A DNA stretch of 64,000 nt from Tubulanus polymorphus (GCF_964204645.1 NC_134028.1:4712001-4776000); one strand, 5' to 3'. Counted from the first letter of the stretch, positions 26,876-42,047 are shown. The notes: generated by a model from the letters alone, not told the origin. Program-made: numbers and translations.

Positions 26876-27405
26876 TTAGACTTTGAAATGCTTGACTCGA
26901 GATGGCAAGTTGTCGTTTGGTTTCCAGGCAAGGAATTCATCTGGATGCAACATAGGGTACATTCTATCTACAGGTGTATTGTCAGTATTCCGATGGTGGA
27001 TAGGTTTACAGTTGACGACGCCTAGCTTGCCGAGAGTGGACCGATACGACCTGTACGTATAAAAAATAAACAAAAGCAATGCAAGAGTTTAGAATAATTA
27101 ATATAAGCAGTTTTAAACGTGCAATAAAAGCCACTTCAAGCATAAAACAAAATCAGTGCTCAGCAAAAAATGAAACGGTATTTTGAAATCGGACACTCTG
27201 CTTTTTGCACCAACGCAAATATCTTAAACGTTACAAAATGTGTACGTAAGATATATGAATAAAAGCTGGTTCCCCAGGCGCGAATTGAAAATAGAGACAG
27301 TTCCTTTATTTCGATGGATGAAAATAGGTTAAACCTGATCTTATTTCACAAACTGACTCGACGGCGGAACCGTTTCAGAATGTTCTCGCTGCCCGGTCCC
27401 TTCAT
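26876..27405 (-). pseudogene. Putative orphan ORF D (two exons, in-frame TGA at codon 20), or a 28-aa smORF from the internal ATG
   Basis: Exon 27405-27335 (MKGPGSENILKRFRRRVSL*NKI, weak GTTTAA donor) joins exon 27050-26876 in frame. Contains DRMYPMLHPDEFLAW, similar to ORF C. Confidence 0.35.
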
Positions 27406-27533
27406 GTCCCGTCCAAAGTCTTTCTAAGAACTATACATATAGCACATAATAATGTTCTTTTTCAGTTGTCAAAAACATTGAGTAACTAAGAATTGCATGC
27501 TACTAAATCAAGCACTTGTCAAAAGGACCACCA

Positions 27534-28016
27534 TTACAGACTACCCAAAAGAAGCTGGGATTTTTGCCGCCGAAAGTTAGGATTTTGAATATCGGGTAAA
27601 ATTGTAGGCATATCCCAGTGTAAGAACTCTAGTGGGTGTATGATGCTATAAACATCATCACGCTTTAATTTCAACAGATAATTCGGTGGTTTTCGTTTAA
27701 CGGGAGAGCGCACTTCCCTGTGCGCGGCCGATGTCGTCTGTTGGTTGATCGCTGGTAAAAACAACCCGCGTCGCTTCGTCATCGCCGCAGATCTGCAAAA
27801 TTCATAAAACTTATCGACACACGATTTTTTTTTTTCATTGCTTGTAGTCACACAATTCTTATCCTTATTGGATTTCCAAGCCAAGGGTGGTTTGAGGGTT
27901 ACTTTGGGGCTGTAGAAACAGTTTTTAGAGCGGGATAATATTTTCCTTTGTTGCATCATCTTGATCAAAGCTCTGAGTCGAATTCGAAGTTCATTATCAT
28001 GTATATTATAATACAT
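27534..28016 (-). CDS. Putative orphan basic protein C (160 aa, single exon)
   Basis: ATG-initiated 160-codon ORF in AT-rich DNA with K/R-rich composition. Motif DDVYSIIHPLEFLHW is shared with ORF D. Confidence 0.55.
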   Translation of the reverse strand: MYYNIHDNELRIRLRALIKMMQQRKILSRSKNCFYSPKVTLKPPLAWKSNKDKNCVTTSNEKKKSCVDKFYEFCRSAAMTKRRGLFLPAINQQTTSAAHREVRSPVKRKPPNYLLKLKRDDVYSIIHPLEFLHWDMPTILPDIQNPNFRRQKSQLLLGSL

Positions 28017-28386
28017 GTATATATCAGTTTTTCATTTCCATTGCTTCGAAAAAAGAAAATTAATTCAGTCGCATTTATTTGTTTTTCGTTGATTTTATTT
28101 CAAAAGAAAACAAAACAAAAACCAAACAATGGTTAATATACGTATAGTTGTTCAAAAGCAGTCGAATGTATTTGTATTTCACGCTATCCTGTATATTTCA
28201 GGTTCCAAAAGCCATATTACTGTCATTTTTCTAAAGCTTATAATTCGTACTTCTGGTGTCATTTCATGATTGTCACGCTTTTACAGATGAAAATAACTTA
28301 AAGCAACTGTTATTTGTAAATTGTTATATCTATGGTAGCCTATTTTCGAATTTCTTCATGGACTTTTCGAAATAATTTTTCGGTCC

Positions 28387-30327
<1,941 letters not shown>

Positions 30328-30627
30328 GTTTACGCCATGTCAGACTCCCAGTCGGGAATTAGGGTAAATCGGGATTGAGCGTTGATATTATTTTAATACT
30401 TTTCTCACGCACAGAGGTGCCCCGGCACGAAAAAGAACATTCTTGGAAGTGCTCGAACGCGGTACGATATTAAAAAGTAAAATAATCGCTCGGCATTGTC
30501 ACCAAACAGCCGCATAGCGGTTGAAATATTACATTTAATACATTGTATTTCGTCGTTATTGATAATCATTATTACATTTATATACAATTCATTTACATTT
30601 TAGGATTTGCCAACCATTCAGCTTTCT

Positions 30628-31334
30628 TTATTGGTACGGCTCTTTCACTTCATACATCATTAATCTAATAAATATTTTTAATGTTGCGACCTCAGCGCAC
30701 ACGAGGTTAATATTACCTGTTATCAGGTTCTAACGACATGTTTCCGTCATTCATTTGTGTGCGATATTGTAATGAATTTCCGATTTTCTGAGCGTCTTCA
30801 TTTGCCTAAATTGATGATAGCATAGTCGAGTAAGTTATTTGATTTTGTTACGGGATCCTTTTTCGGATCTTTCTTTTGGTCAACGCGTGTATAATTCAAT
30901 TACTGAAAAGCTTTAAATAACACATAATTTGCAATTGATAAAAAATAATCGAAATCGAAAATGTATTACTTAAGATTGAAAATAAATTCTAATGGAACGC
31001 CTTGCAATCATTTTCATATGAACAAAATTTATAATATGTTGGAAAATTGACTTACAATTACGTATTGAATTGAATTAATTTTTTTAAATAGAACTAATTT
31101 AATTAATTAAAATATGATTATAATTATGATATTTACCATTGCTTGTCTTCTAAGCGCCTCCTGCTTTCTTTCGAGAACTCGTTGTTTTCGCAAAGCTTCC
31201 ATGTGATATTGATAGGAAGTCATTTCGTACGGTTTTTCGATAATTCTATGTAGATTTGACAGTTCTGCAGTATCAACAGTACAGTACTGCGGTTTACTGA
31301 AGTTTCCAATGGCAACCCAAAAAAGCTGGCGCAT
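30628..31334 (-). CDS. Putative orphan small protein A (~107 aa, three exons)
   Basis: Exons 31334-31137, 30805-30717 and 30664-30628 splice in frame (MRQLFWVAIG...EALRKQRVLERKQEALRRQAM-ANEDAQK...DNR-LMMYEVKEPYQ), with a coiled-coil-like stretch. The second intron is only 52 nt, and the frame stays open upstream to about 31420. Confidence 0.5.
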
Positions 31335-31419
31335 GCGTAGCCTTGTAAGAACTTTAGCCTCGATTTCAGATTGGTGCAACTCACTGGCAACTGTTTGATT
31401 ATGTGATACACTATTTACT

Positions 31420-31860
31420 CAATGATTAAATGAATATTTTTTACATGTTTACTTATATTTAACTCTTTGTTTTTAGTATTTTGAGGTTTTATTAATGGGA
31501 ATTGAACGGTTTCTGGGATATCCTAAACCAGGGGAGCAGTTCTAGGGGCTATATAATTTGCGGGAATTTTAATTCTACTATATTTCATCACTCTACTCAT
31601 ACGAAGGTTATATTAAGCTAAGGGGGTCCAACTTGGATTTATCGAAAGAGTAAATTAATGAAATCAAGCTTCAATTTCTTAGCCTATTTAATTAGACGTA
31701 GTGTGTGGATTGATTGTACAGTGGGTTTATAAATACTGGCTGATCCCTAGTAAATACGGGGCTCACACGGCGAAACGGACGGGTAATAGAGAACGTCGCG
31801 AGAACGGATCTGATAGTGACCACTACCGCGCAGCATAGTGTGCATGTGCTGACAATTCCC
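31420..31860. promoter_or_regulatory. Probable bidirectional promoter between orphan ORF A and G3BP
   Basis: Head-to-head arrangement about 450 bp apart with a CpG-enriched stretch at 31750-31850. The G3BP non-coding first exon ends at donor GAG|gtaaga (31956). Confidence 0.45.
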
Positions 31861-32673
31861 TCCTCTCTAAACACGATCTAAACCCTGTTTTAACACCGAT
31901 ACGACGCGTCTGATGTATTAATATCGACGGCTCTATATTAATCAGTTGCTATCGAGGTAAGATTTCTATTAAATCGTCTCAAATTAGGTGAATTATCGTT
32001 GAATTTTGTCTCGTGTTGAGGCGAATTTCACTCAGCCGTTTTGCTTTTGGGGTATCCATCCATTACGTCGTAGTAAAAAAGAAAGGATAAACCAGGGTCT
32101 GTCGCCATTCAGATAGTTTTTTAATCAATTTTTGATTTAATTCATAGCGAGAAATATCTTTTGAACACTCGAATTTGTTCGGTTTTTGATTGCTAGTGGA
32201 TATTTTATTTCGAGTCATGATGCATAATTACTCACTCACTCATTGTGAAATCGCTACTTTGCACTTCAATTGCTCATTATTGTCGGGGGAAGCCTATAGA
32301 AATGTGTATAGTTGGTTTTAATCTTGTGATACAAATATTCAAACATTTAACAAGTTTAATATCGATAGATTGTATTGGCCTTAGATAAGGTTTCACTTTA
32401 GTTGATGATGCATCATTTTTGTGAAACTTGGAAGTCTGCAGTTTCCCTCTTTTTCAATGTATTCCGTACATAATAGTGCTGGGTCAATCCAGTTTCACAA
32501 AAAGGTTTACCCGTAGAATAAAGTGATATCTATGAATTAATTCAATTTAGAAGTTGATCCTATTATATTTGTGAAAGTGATTTGATAGATTGTAGGCCTA
32601 GACGAAGTATGAATGTTTTATCTGATGCCTTACTCTCTCTTGTATTTCAGCTAATCACTGTAAAAATCAAGTC

Positions 32674-35600
32674 ATGGTCATGGAAACGCCCACTCCACAA
32701 TGTGTTGGTCGTGAATTTGTGAGGCAATATTATACAATGCTTCACGAGGCGCCGCAGTATCTTCATAGGTTAGTATATAACTCCAACAATCCCTCTCACT
32801 CAGTCCAACCATAGAACTATAAGCGAATGAGATCGTCGACAAAAATACAGCTACTGTCTGTCACACATGCTCTTCGTGCGACGTTTTGGTCCGTAATTTC
32901 GTTAATAATCGGTTGATCTGTAAATATTATGCATCAGTTTGTTCAGTAAGGAATTTGCATTCAGAAATAAATCATGAACTGGCAGAAATTTGTTTGTGTT
33001 TTCTTCTATCAGCGATAGTTTACCTAGCATACGCTCGCGTAATGCTGAAAAACGGCTTTTATGGCCCGTCACGTGGCGCCACCTACTGTATTTTGATATG
33101 CTAATGAGCAGGTGATGACGTCACTGTAACGTTTCCGAGCGTCCGCGGAGCGGATTTTTCAGCATTACGCGAGCGTGTATGCTGAGTAAACTATCGCTCA
33201 TGAATGAAAACAAAAACAACTTAAGTGAAAATTTCTGAATGCAAATTCCTCACTGAACAAATTGATGCATAATAAAGGTAGATAAACCGATTATTGACGA
33301 AATTACGGACCAAAACGTCGCACGGAGAGTAGGTGTGACAGACAGTAGGTACTATTGGTAATCTTGTGTTTAGTGCCCTCATGGTTAGCAGTAATCAATG
33401 ATTTTATCGACCGGTTGTCGGTCATTATTCATAATTAGCGGATTTGTTTAAGTTATAAAACTCAACCACATGTTTTAAGAAAAAACTATGCATAATGCTC
33501 GCCAAAAATGTATCTGGGAATCTGTTGTTGATCGACATCTATGTGGGTGCTAAACAACTTGAAGATCATAAAGGCAAATGTGTAGTGAGTCACTGTGACG
33601 TCACAGAGTTCGTCTTTCCATTTGGTCAACTCTCAACAAACCCACCATCCCCCCTGGTTAGATAGGATCGCAACTGCTATCGCTCATCCAAGCCATTACT
33701 TCACTGTAATTCATGTTCTTATGATTAATATTTGGTATTTGCAGGTTTTATAGTCAGAATTCCAGTTTTGTACACGGCGGTGTTGAGAAACCTGGTGAAG
33801 AACAGCCTCCTGTAATGGGACAATCGGTAAGTGTATGACTGATCATTACAATATTCTCAGTAGAATCATTACGTTGACTCCTTATTAAATACATCGTGTA
33901 TCATTTTAATCTTGTGTTTCTAGGAAATACATAAGAAGGTGATGTCATTGAACTTCAGAGATTGTCACGCTAAGATCAGACAGGTTGATAGTCAGGCTAC
34001 TGTTGGTAGTGCTGTGGTTATACAGGTAATAACATAGATCATTTATCTTTCAGTAGCTTTGTTTTAGAGAAAATTGGAGGGTATTGACTACTCACTGGAA
34101 AAGTCAGATAATTTGAATTTTTGGTGTCTTGTTCTCGCTGGTGACAAATGGCACGAGGAACCTCTTAATAAGAATCAGTCCCCACTGAGGATATCTAACG
34201 ATTGTTAGCAGTGAATGCTTGGTCAAGGATCAGGAAAATAGATCTGGAAAATTTGGAATCCTTAATTCATTCTATGAAGACTCCGTACAGATCTGCTTTG
34301 CTTGTGTACCTGTCGTGATATATTGTTTATTGTTTCTACAGGTAACCGGTGAACTATCTAATAACGGTCAACCGATGAGACGCTTCATGCAAACGTTCGT
34401 TCTCGCTCCTCAATCGCCGAAGAAATATTACGTGCATAACGACATATTTCGATACCAGGACGAAGTTTTCTCCGATTCTGATGAAGAGAAAGATGAAGAG
34501 GAACTGATTGGTAAGATGACTATAGAACCCGCTTCTTAATATACGCGAGTCTCTGACCTGCCATTTTGGAAAATATCTGCCAGTTCCTTAAAATCTGAGG
34601 CAAGCATAGTCTAGCGTAGATGAGGGCCCTGGTTCCGTAGTCTAGTCCCTATCTGATCTAAAGAGTGGACTTTTGTTAGATGCGTTATACAACCAAGATG
34701 GTCTTAAGCCGGGCGTAGGTCGACCTTGCGACGCGATCGTTGCGTTGCGTCACAAGTGGGCGTAAGACGGTTGCGACGCGATTGTCAGCGACTAGTTGCT
34801 CCCAGTCGCAAGAGCGCGTTGATCGATAGCGACGGTTGCGTCGCGTCGCAGAAAGTAGAACATGTGCGACTGGCGTCGCTGGCAGTCGCAAGGTAGCGTA
34901 GGTCGGTGAGTCGTTGCGACGCGATCGTCACTGGCGGTCGCAGTGAATCGCGTCGCAGTGTCGCAAGGCCGACCTACGCCCGCCATTAGACTGTTCTTAG
35001 TGGAAGTCATGACTATGGACGGGTCTCTCAGTTGATAATACATGATACTCGGACTGCCTCGTAATTCACTTACACGATCTACTGTTTTGTTCATTCGCGA
35101 CTTCATTGTGATGTGATTTTGATTTTACAGATTCTGAGACTGAGATTCTGGAAACGGCGTCGCAGCCCGACGAAGTGCAAGAAATGCCGATTTCTAGCTA
35201 CGAACAGCAAGTGAATCCGCCGATCATGAGGTGTTTCAATCATTCAATTTCCACACTTTTATCATGTGATATTTCGATGATATCTAACCATTGATCGATT
35301 GTTTTGTAGCAATGGAACGTCTCATTTGATCGATGGTCCCGTTGACACGTCTCAGTCCGATATCGATCCCGAACCGATAACGATCTCAACCGCCGGCGCC
35401 CCCTGCGTGGAGGACGTCGTTCCGGTTGTTCCCGTAGAACCGGAGGTCGATGAAGAGCCTGAGGAGGAGAAACAACGAGAGGAGGAACCGCCGACTGTCA
35501 TCATCGGTAAAGAGGAAGAACTAGAAACTGAACCGCTTTCTGAACAGGACATGCAAGGTTGGTCCTTAAGATTGTTTGTAGTAAGATGGAACAAATCTTA

Positions 35601-37524
35601 TCCCCACTCAAATCAGGGAAATTTGTTGAGAAATTGCTAGATCATGCTTAAATTCGTACGGTTTCTGTCTATGTCTTACGTATTTGGCTGGTTAATTGTG
35701 GATTCTTAGCAGATCTTAAGTCGGTGAATAGTCAGCATAAAAGAAGTGACTTGTCCCTGACTATATCTTTAAAATTCTCCCTGAATTCCGCTCTGAATCT
35801 ATTCGTTTATAATTTGTTCTGAATTGTTTTTACAGAGGCTCCGAAAACGTTCTCATGGGCAGCGATGGCGAGTAAGACACCATCGGCGGGAGGAAGCAGT
35901 GCTCCGATTACTGTACCTGCTGTGTCTAATAAACCGGTACCTGCAGCACCGAGTAAACCTGCTGCCGTAGCTGCATCTGAAGTGGTGAAAACGACGGAGG
36001 AGACGAATAATGCACCACAACCTCAAAGACCACCAAGGTTTGTAGATTACTGAAATCTTTATTAGTGCTGTTTCCATGGCTCGATTTTCGCGTGTTTCCT
36101 AGTATCTCGAGCAGACCTGATTGCATCTTCTATTTGAGTGCAGTTTCTAAAATCTTTGCTCTAAAATTCACATAGATGATAAAATGTTCTCTGAAAATTG
36201 GGATTATTTCTTGGGAAAATCAGGGAATTCTTAAGTTTTTTCGTAAAAAAATCAGGCAGAATTTGAGTGGCAATGGGAACCTCTTGATAAATGTAGCCCC
36301 CACCCCCACCCCTCCTTAATTAGGGATTCCCTGATCTGAAAGAACTATGTTTTAAGTGGGACTGAGTAAGAGACGTTTCAGGGGGGTAGTGCTGTGACTG
36401 CCTTACAGGGGAGTCCTGCAACTGTTCAGCTGATAATTATTTTGTATTTTGCTGTGTATTTCAGGTCAGCACGTGAGAGATCGGGAGCTATAAGAGAACG
36501 TGGTAGTCAGGGTGGTAGTGTTGGTAGAGGAGAATCTGGGGAGATTGATGAAAGTAGAAAACAGCGATGGCCCGATCATCATCAGTTGTTCGTCGGTAAT
36601 TTACCGTTGGACACGACAGTAGAGGAACTACGAACTTATTTTGAAGGTAATTGTCGAGTTTGAAATCTTAATGGAACTAGGAATGTCGTGGTCCTGATGA
36701 TAATTTAGTTCGAGTCTACCTGTATTTGTATTTCCTCAATCTGAATTGTCTCTTTAATGAGTCGTGTGTTTTGTATTTGATAGATTTTGGAAAGGTTGTC
36801 GATGTACGAATAAATACTAAAGGCACGGATAAAAAGGTAATTTCAGTTTCCTGATGCGACTAAACAATGAGCAGCATTTGTATGAGTTTTGAGTCACTGA
36901 TTGCTTTCATTTATTTCAGCATTATGGTTTTATATCATTTGAACAAGCGAGACTCGTCAATGAAATACTTAAAAATAGAGTAAGTTTCAATTTAGATATC
37001 ATTTTGTTTGATGGAGATGCGAATGTTTGTCACACTACTTTCTTAAGTGATGTCACGTCTTATAGTCATCAGATTTTACATATATAAACAATCGCGAAAT
37101 GCATAGAATGTAGTAATGGATTGTCTTTTATCATTTCCACAAGAAATAGCATTTTGTACGTCACTGCGTTTCAGTGATTCTTAAACGCATTCTGTGGTCG
37201 GGGATATTTGTTAGTTTCGTTAGTCACCAATAATAAGAGATCTGTTTGTTTCGTTATTTGCAGAAAGATTTAAAGAAATTCCGTAAAGATTACCCTCGGT
37301 TAAACGTGGAAGAGAAGAAACCTCGCAGTGATCTCGGACGCCCGGGTAGCGGACTCAGGCCGAACATGCGCGGAGGTAGTATGGGATTAGGACGCGGTGG
37401 AGGTATGAGAGGAGGTATGCGTGGAGGTATGTCTATCGGAGGTAACCCTCGAGCGGATACTCGCGGAGGACGAGGCGGTCCCCCCGGTACGGGCGGTGGT
37501 TTTAACGGACCACCGAGGCGTTAA
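32674..37524 (+). CDS. G3BP: Ras GTPase-activating protein-binding protein (G3BP/Rasputin)
   Basis: Exons about 32674-32768, 33745-33826, 33924-34025, 34342-34510, 35132-35230, 35311-35557, 35836-36037, 36464-36646, 36784-36836, 36920-36979 and 37264-37524. Domains: NTF2-like ([20 protein letters not shown]...[26 protein letters not shown]), acidic IDR, KTFSWA, RRM ([23 protein letters not shown]) and RGG tail. Confidence 0.97.
32854..33345. mobile_element. Foldback MITE with ~200-bp inverted arms (Tc1/mariner-type TA TSD)
   Basis: TA|CTGTCTGTCACAC...GTGTGACAGACAG|TA; the arms are complementary from about 32854-33050 to 33155-33345. Confidence 0.88.
34707..34985. mobile_element. CpG-rich PIF/Harbinger-like MITE
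   Basis: TIR GGGCGTAGGTCGACCTTGCGAC / GTCGCAAGGCCGACCTACGCCC with TTA on both flanks; internal TGCGACGCGA repeats. Confidence 0.8.
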
Positions 37525-38832
37525 CAGGAATATCAGTGCTCTCTCGGAGAATGTATGCAATTCAAGCCCGCGTCGGACCAGGAGATATCGGTTGACACTA
37601 AATCGAGGCTTCGCGCGTTGCTCGCTTTGTCGTAGAAATGACTTTAACTCTCAGGTGTATATGTGCGTGTTGGAGTGTGCTAGGTGTTACGACGACAGGG
37701 CTGCGACGTGTTGAGTCTGGATTAAACGTAACTCCGGGAATAAATACATCAGTAATTCATTTGTAGATAAATTCACCGCTGTTGAAACCGACGCCTATCT
37801 TTAAACCAGTTCTATATTTAAACTGTTTTAAACCATTCCTCTGTTCGTCTTTATACATAAATCATTCGTATGGTTGTATATATCACAATTTGCAGATTCC
37901 TGATTTTTGTAAAGGTTAAGTTCGAAGTTTTTCGGGGTCCCCTATGTAACATGTGAATTTGCTCATGGTTGTCACGCGAACGATATTGAATCCTTCAGAA
38001 ATTTCGGAGAATAATAATTTGATTTGACGGTACGATTAGTTTCATCTCTGTTGATCAGTGGATGACGCAAGACCAAAACAAACATATATGAATTCTATGC
38101 AACATTTTGATTTGAAAATATTTTCATTTGTTTCGGGTTTTCTTTTTTTGTTCATCAGATTTTGAGATATCGTTATTATTCTCCGCGTGGCAATCGATCG
38201 ATAATATCATTAATGATTTCATAGTTTTGTTCAGTTGTTTATGAGTTTGATCAGTTGTGCATAATAGTTCTATCAGATATTTGGGTCCTATTGCTCATGA
38301 GTTATTGTCAGCGAACCTGTGGATAGCCGACTGGAGACAATTTAAACTGTATTGTCACCGGTCTTATTTATACGATGGTGGAACTTAAACCTATCGAGCT
38401 ATTAGTGAACCCTGCACTGGAGTTAATTGGGTTTGAATTATGGAATATAATCATGTATAAGAATAATGGCATTGGTTAAAATGTGCTACTTGATTGTAGT
38501 CGAATATTCAAGTAGACCCTCTTGAAAAAAGTAGTGTATAATAAGTGTTGAATCCGAGAGAGTACTAGATGTTGAGAGTGAAAGTGCCTGTCTGTGTCTT
38601 CATATCTAACCCGACATTTACCGGACGATGGTTGCTATGGATACTGCGACGAATCAACGTTCGTTGTCGTCGAGGAAAAGTTTTACGTGCGGGGAAAAAT
38701 GTGGGGTTTTCATCGTTTTGTGTCGTTTTATTTTATGTAATTAGAAAAAAAAAAGTAAAAGTTGTTTTTAAGTTTAGTGGTAGTTTGTAGCAGTTTGTAT
38801 GACATGTACTGTTTGTTTGTCGTATGACTCCT

Positions 38833-38930
38833 GAAACTCCTCCTGGGGGTCAGTCTCTGGGCTGTCACTCCTCCTGGGGTCAGTCTCTGAGCTGTCACTC
38901 CTCCAGTGGGTCAGTCTCTGAACTGAAACT
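38833..38930. repeat. ~28-bp tandem repeat x3 downstream of G3BP
   Basis: actcctcctggggtcagtctctgagctgtc units. Confidence 0.75.
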
Positions 38931-40614
38931 TAACCGTTTATATCGGAAGTCTTGAGTGGTTGGAGCCAGCAGGCAGATCTGCTCCCGGTTTAGACTGACC
39001 CCGATACAACATGTGAGACGTTGTCTTCATGTGGCGTTTTTAGCTAAGAACTATTCACGATTATTAGTCATTAACAGATTATATCTCGAAAAAAAATCAT
39101 TAGTATTATGAGTGTTGCTAGGTGACGTGAGAGCGTACATGAGGGGTATCAATGCACCCATCCTCCCGTCCGTCTATACGGCAGTGGCGGGTAATTTTTA
39201 CTACTTTTGTAACCGGTTAGTTATATATATCGTATATAGGTGGCGTCTCGGTCATTTTCAGCAGAATTAATTCATTAATTTAAAGTGATTGTAAATATTT
39301 AAACGCTGTTCTCTCTGTTGGGGGTTCGCTGTTACACCTCACCGGTTGACCTCTCGCGTCATCTAGCCTTACGTGAAAATGGTAATAATAATAATAATAG
39401 TTTAAGAATAAAGAAAAGAGATATAGAGAAGAAGATATTATTTTTTATGCTTCAGTGGTTTGGCACACTGATATCAGTATCTCTCGATATCTATAGTGCC
39501 ATTTGTACAGGACGTAACTTATGTGTGATATTTATATATATATATTTTGACTGCCTTATACATTTGAATGAGGGGTTTATCCGATACTGAAATATAATTG
39601 ATGTAAAAATGATGATAATAGTAATAATGAAAATGATGTTAAATGAACAAGAAATTATTATTATTATTTAAGTTTAGACAATATGTGAACTTATGAAAAC
39701 AACATTTCCTGTTTGCCAAAATACTTAAACTTTACCCGGCTTGTTTTCAATAGATTTCGATAGTTGACATCAAAATTAGTGATTAGTTTTACAGCTTCGC
39801 ACTTTTCCTTCAAATGTGTCATATTCTACTGTAAAAAATTCTGTTTCGAATAAATAGACTCTGGATAAAGTTGTTGAATCCAAAAATGTTGAATCCAAAT
39901 CATTGAATAAGATGGGAATTTCAGATCAGTTCCAAAGCTTCAACTTAGATTTCGTTGGATGAAATAAACAGCAAATTGTTCAATATTTTCAATTCAATGT
40001 TTGGTATTACAGTAATTGTTGTTCTGATTTGATTAAGTTAATGACCTTGTCCTGGGTTAAGTTAGTTGTTTCTGCAAACGGTTACGGTCTAAGGTCATTG
40101 CGATATTAATCATCAGTTCATGTGAAAAATTAGTATATTTTTTTTAAATAGTTTTTTTCTCCGCATACCAGACGGTCCTGGTGTGCGTAATAGTCTTGCA
40201 TTTAAACTTAACTTAGTAATTTTAGCGAAGAAATCGGGCGTTGAAGTGAAAGAACCTCTGAATCGAAACCGGTTATACATCGCGTCTCTACCTTGCAGTG
40301 AATATTCGGGCAACACAGGGATAGGGAATTTAGATAGCTGTGATAGATTTCATAGCGGATCAAGTAATAATATGAAAAATACAATGTGCTAAGATTGTGG
40401 ACTTTTTCTAACCTGTATAAAATGTAATAGTTGTAGCGCTGATGTATTTTGTAGCTCACTCTTAACGAGCTTAAATCCTGTTTTCGATTTTGTAATTTTT
40501 AATTTCATTTTATTTTTGGTTGATTTCTAAATCTATTTTATATGATTCTTGTTCCAGTTGATATATTGCGGACAGTCAATCTGTCAATTGAAAGAACCCG
40601 GAGATTCAGGGTTC

Positions 40615-40917
40615 CAGTGTTCTCCACTACAGGTTTTAGAGGGGCAGCAACTCCTTTCATTTTTACATCCACTCCTCTGAAAATCTGCCACCCCTTATGA
40701 AACATATCTTGCCCCATTCAGAGTGGATGTCAATATTCTATCAATGCTGAGATTGCTTCGAAATATATCGAGTTAATGGAAAAAATAGAAGATAACACCA
40801 ACAACCAAATTATTGTATTTTTGGGGGATTGAAAGCCTTGCTACTAAAGCAGCCACGATGTCATACACCTAACAAAGAATGCAGCCCCTTAGAAATTCTA
40901 GTATATGGAGAACATTT
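40615..40917. mobile_element. Degenerate hAT-like MITE
   Basis: Ends CAGTGTTCTCCA / TGGAGAACATTT with inverted subterminal aggggcagc / gcagcccct. Confidence 0.45.
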
Positions 40918-41887
40918 GTGGTTCAATACCTAGGAATCAATCCTGAATATTCTTTCTCCTGTAAATAATTAAGAAATCAAAAATGCAGAATGCACTGCAA
41001 TCTTGATGATTGACAGATTGAGCCGATCTGATTGAATTCACAGTTATCTATTTATCCCTCTCTTTCTCCTGTGTTGCCCTGTAATAATAATATTGTAGTC
41101 ACTAATTCTTACTCTACCGCATGCTTTTTTAAATCAGGCAAAAATTGTTCGCTTTCTGAATTAGAGAAAAATCTGTTTATTCGCTCTCCGCATTATCATT
41201 ATTGTACCTTACTTTTCTTGAAAAGAAAAAGAGCTGTTAGATTTTGTTATGAAACGTGCTGTGTATTTCATCATTGCCGATGCCTTTTCATTTTGTGCCT
41301 GTACTCTTCTCCCCCACTGCCGATTGTCGGCACCAAACAAACAAGATGGTTTTTAAAATCTCCCAGCAATTATTTGTAGTACAGGGATTGTAATTATGTC
41401 TGGCTACAGATGTTTTGACAAAGAAAAAAAATTCCTAGGAAATTTTCTCAAAAAATATTCGATTCTCTTTGCTTTTACTTTCTTGCCGTCTTTGAGAGGA
41501 GCGTTCTAAGACAGGTGTGTTGGTGTGCCGACGTTATGCATGGTTTGTTATTTGGAAAAAAACTCGTGAAGACCCTCATATGTGCTTACTTTTCACAGAA
41601 AGTGCTAAAACTGGTATTTTTAACTCATAATCTGAAAAAATATTTGTCACAGCAATCGTATTCGTGGATACTTAGTGTTGATCAAATGATCCGAATGAAA
41701 TATCTGTATTCCTCACATCCCGCAGTAGAATTGCGAGGCTGTATTGGATCTCAACCGTTCAGTGCTGCCCCTATGAATAACGATAGCGGAATTTCTGTGA
41801 ACTAAAATATTCGCACTTATTTACCGCCGAAATATGAAATTTCCTTGTTACGTACAATACAGACCTGTGACACCTTATCATAATATG

Positions 41888-42047
41888 CGGTGGAACCTCG
41901 TTACAACAAACTCGGATACAACGATTCATCGGATATAACAAATATATAATCTTTGTCCCAAGTGATAAAATTTAATTAATTTCATACTGGATATGACGGA
42001 CACTCTATTTTCTGGTCCCGGAAGTTCGCTGTAACGAGTTTCCAAAG
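41888..42047. mobile_element. Tc1/mariner (pogo/Tigger-like) MITE
   Basis: TIR CGGTGGAACCTCGTTACA / TGTAACGAGTTTCCAAAG followed by TA; internal ggatataac repeats. Confidence 0.7.

Noticed and set aside
26563-26886. 107-aa plus-strand ORF (and 28468-28695)
   Set aside because: Non-ATG starts, antisense to the better-supported minus-strand array, no motifs.
34685-35106. Arg-rich minus-strand ORFs
   Set aside because: They arise from the GC-rich MITE; no protein signature.
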